From Felis catus (lineage: Eukaryota): a stretch of DNA of 64,000 nucleotides. Of the stretch, positions 37,171 through 48,450 are shown in pieces (the stretch's first letter is position 1; each line of letters starts with the position of its first letter). A program made the translations under genes and the position numbers. Location of the stretch: the NCBI RefSeq assembly GCF_018350175.1, contig NC_058370.1, positions 15,438,001 through 15,502,000 on the forward strand, given 5' to 3'. A model generated the notes under the pieces. The model searched no databases and was not told where the DNA came from. It saw only the letters and a program-made list of their open reading frames with translations.

Positions 37171-37849
37171 GAATATTACCGCCAGTTCTTCCTGTTTGGG
37201 GCTGGAAAGGATGGAGGAAAGAGGCCCTCGGCGGAGGTGGGGAGGAAAAAGTGTGCATCACGATTTTACGTTTCTTCCACTCCATTCCCAGGTCCCTATG
37301 GTCAGTCTAGAACGTGGCACCCAGAAGCCAGTGAGCTAAACCCCTCCCCACCTCTGCGAGCTGGCCTCTCGAAGGATGCATTCTATGAAGTCACAAAAAG
37401 GGAACATCTGTCTGGTGCTTTCTGGGTGACAGGTACCTCACAATGGCCCTGCAAGCCAAGGAGATGAGAAGACCGTGACGCCAAAACAGAAGGTGATTTG
37501 GCCAGGCTCACATGACTAGGGGGTGGCGGGGCCAGAACCCTAATCTAGAACTGCTGGCTGCTCCCCATTCCACCTTCTGAAGAAAGGAAAAGGCACAAGG
37601 GAGCATCCAAGCCCGTATTCACGCGCATTGCGGCCCGGTTATTGCAGCATCGGCTGTTAACAAACCGGCAGCAGCTGAGCCTCAAAGTGTGCCCAGCCTG
37701 GGTCAAGGAAAGCACCCAGTCAGGCCCCGAGTCAGTACTTCCCTACAGCTCCCAGGTGACACGGCACACCCACCCTCCAATCCCAAGCCCGGTCGCCCCC
37801 TGTCTGCAGGAGCCATAGCCCTGAACATGCAGTCGGGGAGAGGAAAAAC

Positions 37850-38480
37850 CAGGGAGCCGGGGTTTCTGGGGATCTTCCCCTAGAGGCGGGCTGCGCGGTG
37901 TGGCGCCCTCAAGAAAGCAGCGCGCGATCGAGGGGCGCAGAGCCCTCCCGGGAGGGACCCAGGCAGTGGTGGAGAGGCCTAGATGCGGAGGAAGGGCAGG
38001 AGGGCCTCCCCGGGACGCGCCTGCACCCTCCTAGGCCCCAGCGCTCCACTCCGTGACTGCGCCCAGCGGGCCTGCACGGGCCTGCACCGGCACAGAACGA
38101 CCCCGTAGCCCTGGGAGGCGCGGCCACGGCCGGCCTGAGCCTGCGGGTGTGGGGCTGCTCGGTGCCACCCCGCTCGGCTCTCCGCGAGCCGGCGTCTGGG
38201 CGCCACGATCCCCACTCCCGCCTCCCCTACCTCTACAGCGCCACTCCCCGTGCCGCCTCCACCCCGCAGCCTCCACTCCAAGCTGTCTCTCCGCCCGGCT
38301 TGCAGGCCGGCCCACTTCCTGCGTCGTCGCCATTTCGGTTCGTTTGCTGGACATCCTCAATCCCATCAGTCTTCAAAAATCACCCCTACTCGATCTTTCC
38401 CCCCCCCCCCCAAGCCCCTTCCATTTCATCAACCTTCGCCTGAAGGTTTGTCCCAAACGCTGTCAGCAAGCAATCAGGGC
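37850..38480. promoter_or_regulatory. Orphan CpG island between TP53TG5 and SYS1 3' ends
   Basis: Dense CpG; ETS ACTTCCTG and YY1-like CGCCATTT adjacent at about 38314-38336. Confidence 0.6.
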
Positions 38481-39052
38481 AGCGCGCTCCCAACCAAAAC
38501 ACACCGTGTTGGGGACCCCCTGCACTTGTCCTCATGGGAGCCCGCCCAGGGGACCCCAAGTGGGTAAGGTGTGAGCCTGAGCAAGACTGGCAGCTACCGC
38601 TTTGCCGCATAGGCAGTCAGAGTTGGGTCCAGGGTCAGCGTCAGCATCAGCTGATGGACTGTGTCTGTGTCCTGAGGCTGGGATCTGTCATGTCCAGGGC
38701 ACCTCTGGGCGATGGGCGGGGGTGGGGGGTGGGGTGGCAGGGAGGCAAGGATGCAGGCACTTGGGCCTCAGGCAACGTGCCTCCCACAATCCCACAGCTG
38801 GGTTGTCCCCTTACCACCTTCCCTGTGCTTGACCACTCCAATCTGAGGCTTCTCTTCTGGGCTCAGTTAGAGCCTGCTTTTGGGGGGCAGGAGGCTGCAA
38901 CAGATCTGAGATCACAAACCACTCCAGAAATGGCTCCCTACCAGTTAACTGTGGGAAAAATTAACTTTAAAGTGTTGGATTCAGAGTGACTTTTAAGAAG
39001 TCACATGACCTCTCTGAGCCTATTTCATTTTTTTATAAAATAGGGACGGATA

Positions 39053-39278
39053 TGGGGCACCTGGGTGGCTCAGTCAGTTGAGTGTCCGACTTTGGCTCAG
39101 GTCATGATCTCACGGTTCATGGGTTCCAGCCCGCATGGGGCTCTGTGCTGACAGCTCAGAGCCTGGAGCCTGCTTCAGATTCTGTGTCTCCCTCTCTCTC
39201 TCTCTGCCCCTCCCCTGCTCATGCTCTGTCTCTCTGCCTCTCAAAAATAAAGAAACGTAATAAGAAAATTTTTTTAAA
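39053..39278 (+). mobile_element. Can-SINE
   Basis: Typical head, (CT)n, tail; degenerate TSD aaatagggacggata / aaatagggattgata. Confidence 0.9.
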
Positions 39279-42200
39279 TAGGGATTGATACTAATATCCA
39301 TTCCAGAGGGCTCTGTGCAAATCAGGCTTGATGCAGGTAAAGCCAGTTTGTAGGGTGAACAAATGTCCTTTTTTTCCTGCCTTCTTCCTGGACCTGTGCC
39401 ATAATAAAGCCCCTTGCTTCCCACTCGAGCACTTACCTAACTGCTCACCTTTAAGGGAATTAGCTGCTTGTTAAAAAGCCAAGCTTAGGTTCACGTTCAC
39501 GACCTTTTGATATAATGCCACCTGGATTCCAGAGACTGTCCCTCTCCTACTCTGAACCACCTGCCACTAAACATGATTGGAATGTGCAGAGGATGAGGCT
39601 GTTGAGGCAGACAGACCTAGCTTCTCACCAGCTGTGTGATGCTTGGGAAAGTTGTTTACTCCTAATCCTCAGTTTGTCTGCAAAATGGGGAAATAATGGT
39701 GCCTTGCTCATTGGATTAAGTGAGAATAAGTCACTCTGCAGTGCATGGCACATAGGAGTGCAGTACTCGGTAGGTATACCCTGATCACGGGCAAGCCTAC
39801 CTCCCCATCTAACAGCTGAAAACACTGAGGCTTGGAAGAAAGGTGTCTCCTCCATAAGAGGAGGGATGGGGCAGTGGCCCAGTAACTGCTTAGATTTCTG
39901 GATGCCGGCCACCGGTTAAATGCTTTGCACATATCTCATTGAATCCTCACAACACAGAGAGGTGTATCTTATCCTCATTTTAGAAACAAGGAAAACTACG
40001 CTGGGGTGGGGGCGGGACGTGGGTGGGAGTTAAACAGCTTTTCCAAGGCCTCACGGCTAGTAATGCAACCCAAGACTTCACCCCACACTCCAGTGGAGCT
40101 CTCTCGTCATCTAGCCTTGGCCCCTACAATTCTGCCTTGCCCTGGGAGTGGCAGGACAGGGATCCAAACTCTCAGCAATCTGGACCCACTCCTGGCTCAA
40201 GGCTGTTTTCACCACCACTTGCCACTTTCCTACAGAAACCTTCAAGCAAGGCTTTGATTCCCTCTCCACAGAGGGCCTCTTTTGTGCTCTGAATCCGCCC
40301 CCACTTCCCTTGCCCCTAAGGCTCTGTGCTCCTTGGGCTACAGATACGGGGAGGAGATCCATGTCTGTGCACAGACTGCCCCTGGGGACGCCAGAGGAAG
40401 TTACTCTGATCTGGGAGTCACTGAGCAGTCGAAGAAACTCTGCGTCCACAGGAGCTGTGCCCCCATAGGATTCATGGGGACCTGGAGCTTCCCACCCCAT
40501 CACCCCCCACTTGCTGGCTGCCATCCTGACCCCCATTTAGCTCTGATCTGGAAAGAGCTGCCTAGAACTAGGGGTTAGGGGCACCCTCGGAGTTAGACAT
40601 CCCTTTCTCCTTTCCCATCTTCCTTCTGGGTCATAAATGACTTTGAGCACCACCTATGTACTCATCTCCACTTCTCTTCTCCAAAGGGAAGTTGGGAAGT
40701 GGCGGGGAAGGGGGGTGGGATGAAGAGAGGTTCAGACTTTAGACCATAGAAAGTCAAGAGATAACGCCATCTCCGTGGCTGGGTGGTGGTAACTCTCCCT
40801 TAGCCTCTGGAAATAAAAACTTCCTGCAGTTACCGGTTCATTTGGAAATGTGGCCATATTTCATGTATCGTCTACCAGTTTTTCTTAGAAAGCTCACAAT
40901 GTTTACAAAGCACTATGTATCCTTTGTATTTAAAACAATAACAGTAGGATGCAGAGGTATGATTATGAAGTGACAGACTTGCACGTCCTTTAACTATTAA
41001 TGTCTTCAGAACGAGTTTATTGTCAGAACCAGAGCCCAAATCCTGGGTCTGCCAGCTCCTAACACATAACCTTGGGCAAATGCCTTAGTTTCCTCATCTG
41101 TAGGATACGGATGGTTCCTTCCTATTTCCAAGTGTTCCCGTGAAGATTAAGTGAGCAACATGTAAAGTACTTAGCCCACTGCCGGACATCTATTAAGCAC
41201 AGCTACTTAGGGCAACAATGGTGCCTCGCTCATTGGACCTTCGACCAATGGACAGCGACCTGCACAGCTACTTATTACTAACATGACAAACGTGTTCCTG
41301 CCACTGCCCAGTTCTCTCAGGAACTTGCCTCTAGACACTGCTTTTATCGTCACTTTAGAAATCGTAACAATTTCATTAAGGTCACAGATTTTTCACCCCC
41401 AACTGTCATTCAGCTCAGTCACTATATTGTTGGAGAAAAGAAATCGGCTCCCCTGATGCCGGGCAAAGTTTGCCCAACTTTGGCAAAACCAAATTACCAC
41501 TCAAGGGGCAAAGATTCATCATTACAGAAGATATGCAGAAGAACAGGCACAGTTCTCTGAAGGAAACTCCCAGAGAGGTGAGCCAACACAGTTGGGGCAA
41601 CCAGCCCACAGCTGACCAGGGGAGACTGCAGCCACATGACATGTGCTCTGATGCCCTACCCGAAATAACATTAGCCACATGCCTTTATGGTTTGCGATGT
41701 CTGGGGGAAATCCATCCACCCGAGGGGAGTCTTCTCAGCTGGTCCTGCCTCCGGGACCCTGTAGCCAGGATCCGAGTCCCATTAACCAGCTGCTTCCTTC
41801 CAGCCTGGCCAGAGCACCAAGTGACCGAGGTGCCTCACCCTCGCACTTTCCCGTCTCCACTCAGGCACGTTCAGTCTTAAACCTTCATCCTGTCAGCCTC
41901 ACCTCCCTTTTCTGCAGGGCTGGGGCCCAGGAGGCTAGAAAGGCTTCCTGGGCAGAGAGCAAAACCCATTTGTGAAGACCTAACACTGTAAGCTGCAAGC
42001 TGACTGCTCTCTTGGGCAGGCTCTGGGCGACCCAAAGAGGAATACTGATGGTTTCAATACAGAAGTGGGTCTAGACCAAGTGTGTTCCACTGGACACATT
42101 CAGAAATCAATGGCAAGAGAGAAAGGACACTGAGTCATGGGACTTCACCCAAGACATAACACAGGAGGCTGCAGATGAAGGGGGTAGGACACAGGAGTTC

Positions 42201-43317
42201 CCCACACCTAGTATTTTAACCAAATGAAAGAATAATCTGGGGTCTACGAGAGAAAGTGACCTAGTCATTCTTTACAGCTCCCCGTCCGACCGTGTGGGTC
42301 TCTCACCGGCCCAACTGCGGCACTACAAAGTAAGCACAGGCAGAACCGTGGAAAATACTGTATTTATGTACATAGGAGGGACAGCTGCAAGCCCCTAACA
42401 GAGGACAGGCCACCCCAAAGAAAAATCTTAGCAGCAAATTTCTATCTCCCTCAGCACTCCCAGCACAGCTCAAGTTGGAAGGCTGGGCCTCCTGTCTCTC
42501 GGCACCCATCATACCCTTTCCACTGTAGAATTCCCAGTAAGGCAGGGAAAGGGAACTATTGCCAGAAGTGAGGCCCGGTGGGAGCTGGGGTGCCTAGTCA
42601 TTCCTAGAGAAGAGGCAGTGACTCTATCGTGAGGGGTGGACCAGGAGCAATGCTGGGACTTCTTCTCCGGGTCCTATGGCCTGCTCTGTTGAAAGCTGGC
42701 AGTAGAGAGAACTGGAAGAAAGTTAGTCATGGATTCATGGGCGTGTGCACACATGCGTGCAGCAGGACACGGGTTGTGCGTCTTCCTTGTGCTTGATGCC
42801 TCCGTCTGCCGTCCTCTCCGTGACGGCAGCCTAATCCTCTGCACCTCTGCCTCTCTGTGGCTATGGATCCAGAAACCAAGTGTTTCTCCAAACAGAACAG
42901 CTGCGGTTCAGCAACATGGCAAAGGTAACAGCTGTCTCGGGGGAGGTAAGACAGATGACTAGAAGAGTGGTTTGCTCCAATCAGATATCCTTGATTTGGT
43001 TCTTTTTTAAAATAACAGGCTGGTGACAGGTAGAGTGGCTCAAGAATGACATGGTTCCAATTCTGTTATTACCCTGAAAGAGGTCCCCTTGCTGACCTCC
43101 CAGATAGCAACGCTTCAGCAGGCAGAGGCCATTCTTGCGGCTGTGGTTCTGACTGCTACCTGCCTTCTTGACAGGGCCTCACTATCTCTCCACCAACAAG
43201 ACTTCACATTTCCAGGGTTCCTCTCACACCTGGGCTGGACCTCGTCTGGAGAGTCTGAACAGCCCAAGGTGTTGGGGGGCAGGGCGGGAGGGAAGGGCGC
43301 CAAGTGCCCAGCAGGGT

Positions 43318-43633
43318 NNNNNNNNNNNNNNNNNNNNNNNNNNNNNNNNNNNNNNNNNNNNNNNNNNNNNNNNNNNNNNNNNNNNNNNNNNNNNNNNNNN
43401 NNNNNNNNNNNNNNNNNNNNNNNNNNNNNNNNNNNNNNNNNNNNNNNNNNNNNNNNNNNNNNNNNNNNNNNNNNNNNNNNNNNNNNNNNNNNNNNNNNNN
43501 NNNNNNNNNNNNNNNNNNNNNNNNNNNNNNNNNNNNNNNNNNNNNNNNNNNNNNNNNNNNNNNNNNNNNNNNNNNNNNNNNNNNNNNNNNNNNNNNNNNN
43601 NNNNNNNNNNNNNNNNNNNNNNNNNNNNNNNNN
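43318..43633 (-). other. SYS1: N gap at the expected position of the SYS1 last coding exon (not visible)
   Basis: Minus-strand polypyrimidine tract (tctcttgcttgcttccc...tccctactccc) runs straight into the gap; the remaining SYS1 C-terminus is found nowhere else in the window. Confidence 0.65.
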
Positions 43634-44781
43634 GGGAGTAGGGACAATTAGGAGAACAGCATAGTGGTGGGAAGCAAGCAAGAGAAGCGTGAAGCGGGGG
43701 TTCCACTATTAGATGCCTAGAGAGAGCTGGCAGGTAATGCGGGGGGAGGATCGGGCTGGGCAGAAGAAAAACAAAGTACAAGCTTGATGAGAAATGGCGA
43801 CTGTCACCCAGGGGAATCCTAGGGACTGGTGGGGACTGCAGCACCCTGAGGCACACGTGGACCATCCAAAGTGGGGACCACAGAGACCTGCAGCTGGGCA
43901 AATCCTCATGCCGGAAGGTTGGCCTGGGATCAGTCAATCTTCCCATTTTCCAAGAGAAGCCAGAAATCTGGATTTATTTTTTTAACATAAAATATCCTGA
44001 CTTTCAACTCAGTGGAAAAATGTTTTAAATGCCACTTGGGGGATGGTAAAACAGAGCATAATCTAGGAGCCAAATTCAGGTCATAGTCAGCCCACCCGTT
44101 TTTCAGTCTCCAGTGTGAGCTTAAGAATAGTAATGTGCAAGGTACTGTTTTAAGTATTTCCCACGAATGCATTCGTTTCACCCTTAAAACTATGAAATGG
44201 GTAATATTATTCGCCTCATTTTACCAAGGAGGAGACTGGGGCTTAGATAGATCAACCTGTCCAAAGTCACGAGACTAGTGGGAAGCTGAGATTCAAAGCC
44301 AAGTAAGTCTGCCTCTACAGCCTGAGATCTTAACCATTATGCTAAACTGCCTCTCAAAGGGCAGGCAATGGTCACGGGTGACCTTAAACGTTACCCAGCC
44401 AAACCCCTCAGTGTACCAACGAGGTGCCCGAAGCCGAGAGAAGGGAAGTAACTTGGCCAATGGCACACAGACCGAGAACAGAACCGACTTCTCCTGACCC
44501 CCAGTCCCACCCCTTCCTCACCTCGTTCCACAACAGGGAAGGATCTGAGATGGAAGCTAACCCCCAGGCGGCATGCAGAGTGAGGTAAGAGCTTTCCAGC
44601 TAAGTCAAACAGCAATGGAAGGAGCCCTATAATGGAGCCAGTCCCAGAACCGGCCTTTGCCACCCACTTTAGTCCACCATGCCCCAGGAATAAGTGCCAG
44701 CCTGTCTCATGTCCAAATTGAGGAAGTTAGTTCCAGTGCTAGGACCCCCAAAAGCTGGAGAGCAAAACTGGTGATACTCAC

Positions 44782-44849
44782 CAGGTGAGGGCGTTGAGGA
44801 TGAAGGACATCATGGAGAGCCGGCCTGGAGGGGTGGAAAAGCCCAGGAT
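44782..44849 (-). CDS. SYS1: SYS1 Golgi trafficking protein, internal coding exon
   Basis: ILGFSTPPGRLSMMSFILNALT(C) identical to recalled human SYS1; ctcag acceptor, GTGAGT donor; 68 nt. Confidence 0.95.
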
Positions 44850-46130
44850 CTGAGGGGGAATCACAAACGGAAATATGCTGGAAAAGTGACTTGGCTTGGC
44901 AGAGCTCCAGGCTCCAGGACCTCCCAAGGAACAATCATTCTTCCCAGAACACAAAAGAAAATAGGTCCCTGCATCTGTGTGCCAGCTTATTTCCAACAGG
45001 GTGCTTTCACAGACCTCCACTAGAGTATCTCACTGGACCCCAAACAGCAGCCGGGAAGAGACTTACAAAGGAGAAGCAAAAGTTCAGAGAAGTAACTTGC
45101 CCAAAGTGATACAGTCAGTAAACTGCAAGAGTAAGGTCAATTACAGGGTTCAGTAAACTGAGGCCCCACCAGCCAGACACCTAGTTTTGCAAATAAGGTC
45201 CCAGGGAAATGCTACCACACCTATTTGCTTAGTACTGATGCTGGCTGCTTTTGCACCACAACGACAGAGGTGAGTTGGTGAGAAATCTCCTGTTACCTTG
45301 CCGAGGGCTACCCAGAGAAGCAGCAGCAGGAGCAAAGATGCCGGATCTCCTGGCTCTGAGAGCTGTGCTCATTACCATACACCACAGCTGCCTCTCAGAT
45401 GCGAAGATCTCATAGCCCTCCTTGACTATAAAGCACTTTCATCTTCCTAGGCACCTCTGGGGTCTCTGCCTTCATAACATTTTGCTGCGCATTATTCTGC
45501 CCAGTTTCCAGAAGAGAAAACCGGCTCAGAAAGGTGAAGCAACTTGCCCAGAGTCCCACAGCTAGTATATCTGGACCTAGATTGGACGCTAAACCTCTCT
45601 GAATCCAAAGTACAGGCTCTCTGCGTTGCAGTCCATAACCTCTCCACTACTGGTCTCATGATTTTGCAGACAGGAGAACTGAGGTTCAGAGGGGACAACA
45701 CTTGGCCCACATCACACAGCTAGTAAGCGGAGTTTCAACGGAGGTCTGATTCCAAAGTCTAAGCAGTTTCCATTATACCTCCGTGAATGTTCTTTTATCC
45801 ACCCCCCCCCCTCTTCCGTTTGGCACCTGAGAATTTGGGGCCTAGGGAAGTGAAGTCACTTTCTCAGAGTGTCAGAGAGGAGATGCATCAGGTTGCCTGG
45901 AACGCAAAGCTGCTCCTTGACATCCAGGCCCTTTCCTTTGAATAATCTGCTTCTGTTAACAGTTACTAAATTTTATGGATAGGGCACCTGAGGCTCAGAA
46001 AGATGAGATCCCTCCCCCGGGACCACAAAGTAAGATGGTGGTCCAGCCAGGTCTGGAGCCCAGTAGTGTCGGACCACAAAGTACACCCGACGAGGCCGAG
46101 ACTCCGCCCGCGCNNNNNNNNNNNNNNNNN

Positions 46131-46292
46131 NNNNNNNNNNNNNNNNNNNNNNNNNNNNNNNNNNNNNNNNNNNNNNNNNNNNNNNNNNNNNNNNNNNNNN
46201 NNNNNNNNNNNNNNNNNNNNNNNNNNNNNNNNNNNNNNNNNNNNNNNNNNNNNNNNNNNNNNNNNNNNNTAGCTGCGGAACTGGCCCGCCAT
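46131..46292 (-). CDS. SYS1: SYS1 first coding exon (mostly in N gap 46114-46269; 3' end inferred from expected 162-nt length)
   Basis: Visible ATG GCG GGC CAG TTC CGC AGC TA = MAGQFRS(Y), the SYS1 N-terminus. Confidence 0.85.
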
Positions 46293-46960
46293 GCCGGCCC
46301 GCGGGGCCCGGCCGCCACCCGGGGCCTGGGTCAGCGCCGCCGCGCCATGGGCCCCGGGCCGCCCTGGCACCTGCGAGGACACACGCCGGGCCTCAGCCAG
46401 GGAGCCGTCACCATGGCAACGCCGCCCCGCCCGGGAGGAGGGACCTGGACGGAGGGGGCGAACCCATTCCGGGAGCGGGGGTGAGGGCGGGGCGGACAGA
46501 CCCATTCCCAGAGTAAGGGGAAATCCTAGCCATTCCGGCTGCTCGGGCCCCGCCCGTCCTCAGGCTTCTTCGGGGTCCACTTACCGGTGACGGACTCGAG
46601 GGTCGAAGCGTCCGAAGACGGCCCAGCCTCACCGACTGACCCCCTAAACAGCGCTGACAGACAGGACCATGGAGGAGAAGCCCTACCTGCCTAGAGAGGC
46701 AAAGATCCAGCTACAGCGGCGGAGCCGCGACCGCGTAGGAAAGAAGCGTTTCCGGGGAAGGCGGTGGAGGGGCGGGGCTGAGGTTGCGCAGGCGTAATGG
46801 ACGCAATCTTCGGCCGAGCCACCTAAACTGGGTACGGGCCGCGGGGAAGCGAAGTATGCACATGCGCAAGATGAAGAATGAAGGCGAACGGAAGTGGGGC
46901 ACGTTAAGCGGTAGAGCTTGCGTGCCCTCTACAGGGGAGTCTTGAAGACAAGAGGCGCAA
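46293..46960 (-). promoter_or_regulatory. SYS1: SYS1 CpG-island promoter and non-coding first exon(s)
   Basis: CpG rich; candidate donors at 46686 (CAG|GTAGG), 46632 and 46584 (CCG|GTAAG); ETS TTTCCGG, GC box, NRF1-like TGCGCAGGCG (46785) and TGCACATGCGCA (46857). Confidence 0.8.
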
Positions 46961-48220
46961 CCAGGAGAATAGGGAGCGGGGTGGGCAAGAGCAAGGGAAA
47001 GATGTTTAGGAATTAACAAGTAGATAAGTGCTGACTCTACCTTCCCTCTCCTAGTTAAAGTCTGGGATAACTTTAAATGAACCTGCCAGGTCTTCCACAC
47101 ATGATTTTGCCACGGTTCCCGTTTGACAGATGAGTAAGGCTCAGAAAAGGAAAGCAAGGTACCGCCTCAAAGAGTTAGAAGACAGAGTTAGTGGCAGTCA
47201 GGATTAGAATTCACGTGCCAACATCGCAGCATTGATTTCGTGCTACTGGATTACAGCAAGGTTTGGACACGTACGAATGGGAAAGTCCCTGCCCTCTGAC
47301 ACAACCTAATTATTAGAAAGGCAAAGTAGTGAATGTTTTATAATGTGGGTATCAGTTTGTATTTATATGTACATATAAACTTCAACTAGAAGACAGGACA
47401 GATTCTGAAATCATAACCTAGGAGCAGATTCTGACCCTGCCTTGCCTCCATGACTGCCTTTTCTTTCTGCCTTTTCTGAGTCCACATAGTGTAGACGGTC
47501 GGTAAATATTTGCTGAGTGAGTCAAAACAGAGGAAGAATAACAGCAAATGGATGAATCACGTTCTTCCTGCCCCAGCAGATCAAAACCCCTTAACCTCAT
47601 TGAGTCTAGAGCCCCCTTCTCCAGAATGGAAAGAAAGGAAGTAACCGGTTCCAGGAAAAGAACCTGGGTTTTAGAGCCAGCTCCACTAGCTGTGTGACTA
47701 GCAAGCTACTTCCTTCTTTAAACCCCAGCTTCCCTGATTATGAAATGAGGAGTTAGACAAGATTAACGTTTGCCAACATTCAATCTACCCTCCACTAATT
47801 AGTTTCCCATTAAAAAAACTTCTAGAAGACTGATGTAACTGCCAATCAGAACTTCTGAACAGCATGTGATAATCATATTATCACCTTGAGTTGATACAAT
47901 TCCAGACAAAAGTAAAGAAAGGTGAGACCTTATCAAGAGTAAGTATGTGATTTCCCTTATCATTAAGAAATACTGTAAACAGTTCCCTTGGACTCCAGTT
48001 TGGAAGTCATTAAGGCCCAAAGACTTCTGAGGTGCTTTCCAGCTCAACCATTCTTTTAGGTGCCTCAATTCAGATCAACAAATATATATTCAAATCCCTC
48101 CGGTCCACTGATTACTCGTGTGATCTAGTGTTCCCGAGAAAACATCTTCCGTTTATCAAGTACCTACATGATCGTGATCTTGTTTCATCCTCACAATCTG
48201 AGACAGTTGATATTATCCCT

Positions 48221-48450
48221 CTTTTTTTTTTTTTTTTAATTTTTTTTTCAACGTTTATTTATTTTTGGGACAGAGAGAGACAGAGCATGAACGGGCAAGG
48301 GGCAGAGAGAGAGGGAGACACAGAATCGGAAACAGGCTCCAGGCTCTGAGCCATCAGCCCAGAGCCCGACGCGGGGATCGAACTCACGGACCGCGAGATC
48401 GTGACCTGGCTGAAGTCGGACGCTTAACCGACTGCGCCGCCCAGGCGCCC
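48221..48450 (-). mobile_element. Young SINEC_Fc-like SINE with TSD
   Basis: CpG-intact body; tattatccctct duplicated on both sides. Confidence 0.93.

Noticed and set aside
41016-42370. SYS1 polyadenylation site candidates (AATAAA at 41021-41016, CATAAA near 42365)
   Set aside because: Cannot choose between them without transcript data
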